Shown here: in pieces, positions 39,234 to 41,219 of the stretch
How the letters are laid out: each line of letters opens with the position of its first letter
Numbering within the stretch: position 1 is the stretch's first letter
Assembly: GCA_016180645.1 (NCBI GenBank)
Contig: JACPAV010000029.1
Location: 1-41,219, forward strand
Direction of reading: 5' to 3'
Length of the DNA stretch: 41,219 bases
DNA from: Nitrospirota bacterium
GTDB lineage: Bacteria > JACPQY01
The notes under the pieces: model-generated
The model's database searches: none
Seen by the model: only the letters and a program-made list of their open reading frames with translations
What the model was told of the DNA's origin: nothing
Program-made: the position numbers and the translations under genes

Positions 39234-39704
39234 CTACGATTCGTTTTGGACGTCGCCGAGGTACCAGGTGCCGCCGAGGAGTTTCCACGTCTCGTGGCTC
39301 TTCACGTTGGAGGTGGTGCCGTCGGTTTTCTTGTGGGTCCATTCCACAAGAAGCTTGGCCTGCGTGGGATCGTCCTTGGAGATTTCGGCTGATAGGATCC
39401 TCGCGGCGGTCGGCCGGCCGGTCAGCTGAAACGCTACTTTCAACGCTTGAAACGTCATCTGAAGAATGGTGTCGCGCAGCTTGGGATCGAGGTTGGGGTC
39501 GGGGAGGTTGAACTCGCCGCTCTTTGGATCGCCCGCGATGATTTTCTGGTGGTACTCGTCGGCCCGCTGCTTCAGCGAGGCCACGCGGGGATTCTCGCAG
39601 GCGGCGGTGGCAAGTAGTGAGTAGTGAATGGTGAGTAGCAGGAGCAGGAATCGAAGCGGGTCCCCTCTCACATTACTCCTCGCGCCTCTCGACTTGCCAC
39701 TCAC
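39234..39704 (-). CDS. Hypothetical lipoprotein (possibly NTF2-like fold)
   Basis: Hydrophobic signal ending TAAC; C-terminal ETWKLLGGTWY. Confidence 0.7.
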   Translation of the reverse strand: MSGKSRGARSNVRGDPLRFLLLLLTIHYSLLATAACENPRVASLKQRADEYHQKIIAGDPKSGEFNLPDPNLDPKLRDTILQMTFQALKVAFQLTGRPTAARILSAEISKDDPTQAKLLVEWTHKKTDGTTSNVKSHETWKLLGGTWYLGDVQNES

Positions 39705-39723
39705 GACTTACGACTTGCGATTC

Positions 39724-41001
39724 CTACCCTTGCGAGCTCGGCAGACCCAAAAGGCGTTTCGCGATCACGATCCGCTGAACCTGCCCCGTTCCCTCGAAAA
39801 TGTCGAAAATCTTGATGTCGCGGAAAAACTTTTCGGCCAGATAATCCTGTCGCACTCCCGCATCGGCCATGATCTCCAATCCCATCCGTGTGACTTCCAG
39901 CGAGATCGGGGCGCATGAGGCCTTCGCAGTGGAAGCCTCCACGTTGTTCGGCTTTCCGTGGTCCGCCATCCAACTCGCTTTCCAGCAGAGGAGGCGGCCG
40001 ACGTCGAGCCGCCGGCGCATGTGGTTCAGCTTCTCCTGGATTTTCCTGTAGCGGGGGAGGGGCCGGCCCGTCATGTAATTCTCTTTCACGAAATCGCGGG
40101 CATGTTCGTAGGCGGCACGACCCACCCCGATGGCCAGGATGCCCACTCCGGGGCGCGTGAGATCGAAGAATCCCATCGCGCCTTTGAAGCCGGCCTTCCC
40201 TTGATAGTACCCCTCGCCGCCGAGCAGGTTTTCCTCCGGCACGCGGCAATCCTCAAGGACGAGGCTCGCCGTTTCGGATGACCGGATGCCCATCTTCTTC
40301 TCGATCTTGCCGACTCGAAATCCGGGCCGGCCCTTCTCGACCATGAACGCGCGGTGGCCTTCGCGGCCCTTCGTTTTATCGATCGTGGCGAAAACCACTG
40401 TCCACTCCGCGCGCGCTCCGTTCGTGATGAAAACTTTTTCGCCGTTCAGGATCCATTCCTTCCCGTCCTTCCGGCACGTCGTCTTGATGGCAGCGACGTC
40501 CGATCCCGCTCCGGCTTCGGTGAGGCCGAAGGCGCCCCACTTGGGCGTCGTCTGATCTTCATAGGTCGCCAGGAAACGCTTCTTCTGTTCGTCCGTGCCC
40601 ATCGACATGATCGGAGGCGTGGCCAAGCCGGGACCCGGAAACGACGCGGCCATCCCGTGGTCCCAGTACGCTGCCTCTTCGAGAATGATCATCCGGAGAC
40701 GGGCGGCGTTCTTCACCTTCTTCTCGACGCCAGGATGGCTGGTCGTACCCGTAGCGCCAGGGACGGCAGCGGAGGGTGCTTTGGGCTTCTCTCCATCCTT
40801 ATCTTCAGGCTTCAGAAACTCGCGCGACATCGCGGCGCCCAACCCCATGTCCATGAACTCCTTGAAAAAAGGATGATCGGGCGGGGGGGGGGCTTCGTTT
40901 CGATCGCATTCGATGCCGATCGGCCGGAGCTTTTCCTTCCCCAGCCACTTGATCATCTCCCGCGACGTCTCCATCGCCGGGTCGAGCGTCAAATCGATCA
41001 T
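39724..41001 (-). CDS. Acyl-CoA dehydrogenase
   Basis: AFGLTEAGAGSD, LNGEKVFITNG, KMGIR and IFEGTGQVQR motifs; start uncertain (41001-41037). Confidence 0.95.
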   Translation of the reverse strand: MIDLTLDPAMETSREMIKWLGKEKLRPIGIECDRNEAPPPPDHPFFKEFMDMGLGAAMSREFLKPEDKDGEKPKAPSAAVPGATGTTSHPGVEKKVKNAARLRMIILEEAAYWDHGMAASFPGPGLATPPIMSMGTDEQKKRFLATYEDQTTPKWGAFGLTEAGAGSDVAAIKTTCRKDGKEWILNGEKVFITNGARAEWTVVFATIDKTKGREGHRAFMVEKGRPGFRVGKIEKKMGIRSSETASLVLEDCRVPEENLLGGEGYYQGKAGFKGAMGFFDLTRPGVGILAIGVGRAAYEHARDFVKENYMTGRPLPRYRKIQEKLNHMRRRLDVGRLLCWKASWMADHGKPNNVEASTAKASCAPISLEVTRMGLEIMADAGVRQDYLAEKFFRDIKIFDIFEGTGQVQRIVIAKRLLGLPSSQG

Positions 41002-41219
41002 GGCCGGGATCATGTCCCACCCGATCCGCCTAGTCAACCGAGCGGTTGTTTGCTACGACTCACGGCGGATTTCAATGAGCCGCCTTTTCGTTCCACAAAT
41101 CATGTGAGGGAGACTGGGGACAGTCGTCATGGCCGAATGGCCACCCGCGAACGATGAAAATGGGGCGCGCCCTCTTGAGGTGGGTCGCGCCATGCCCACT
41201 AGATATTGCGCTCCGGCCC

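Overview
GC-rich bacterial chromosomal segment; gene order and the many lipoproteins suggest a deltaproteobacteria-like or related diderm lineage (inference). The core is a housekeeping block on +: tRNA-Val(GAC), thrS, infC, rpmI, rplT, pheS, pheT, ihfA, merR, gap, pgk, tpiA, secG, gph, trxB, pheA-like. Left of it lie an IS110/IS1111-type element with an internally deleted recombinase and a candidate bridge/seekRNA region, a surE-pcm-(two small membrane ORFs)-yqaA cluster, a motif-degenerate MoeA, and hydrolase/lipoprotein genes with RelE and flagellin remnants. Right of it is a minus-strand cluster (GMC flavoprotein, Tat small subunit, multiheme cytochrome c lipoprotein, GxGYxYP-type lipoprotein, CehA/McbA-type lipoprotein), then a GT2, a DCC1-LMF fusion and an acyl-CoA dehydrogenase. 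Several repeat families are present: GTAG REP doublets (two inside MITE-like inverted repeats), a CGTC-type REP, a CTATAG palindrome family, and 7/8-mer tandem repeats that build lipoprotein signal peptides. All calls come from reading motifs by eye; no searches were run.
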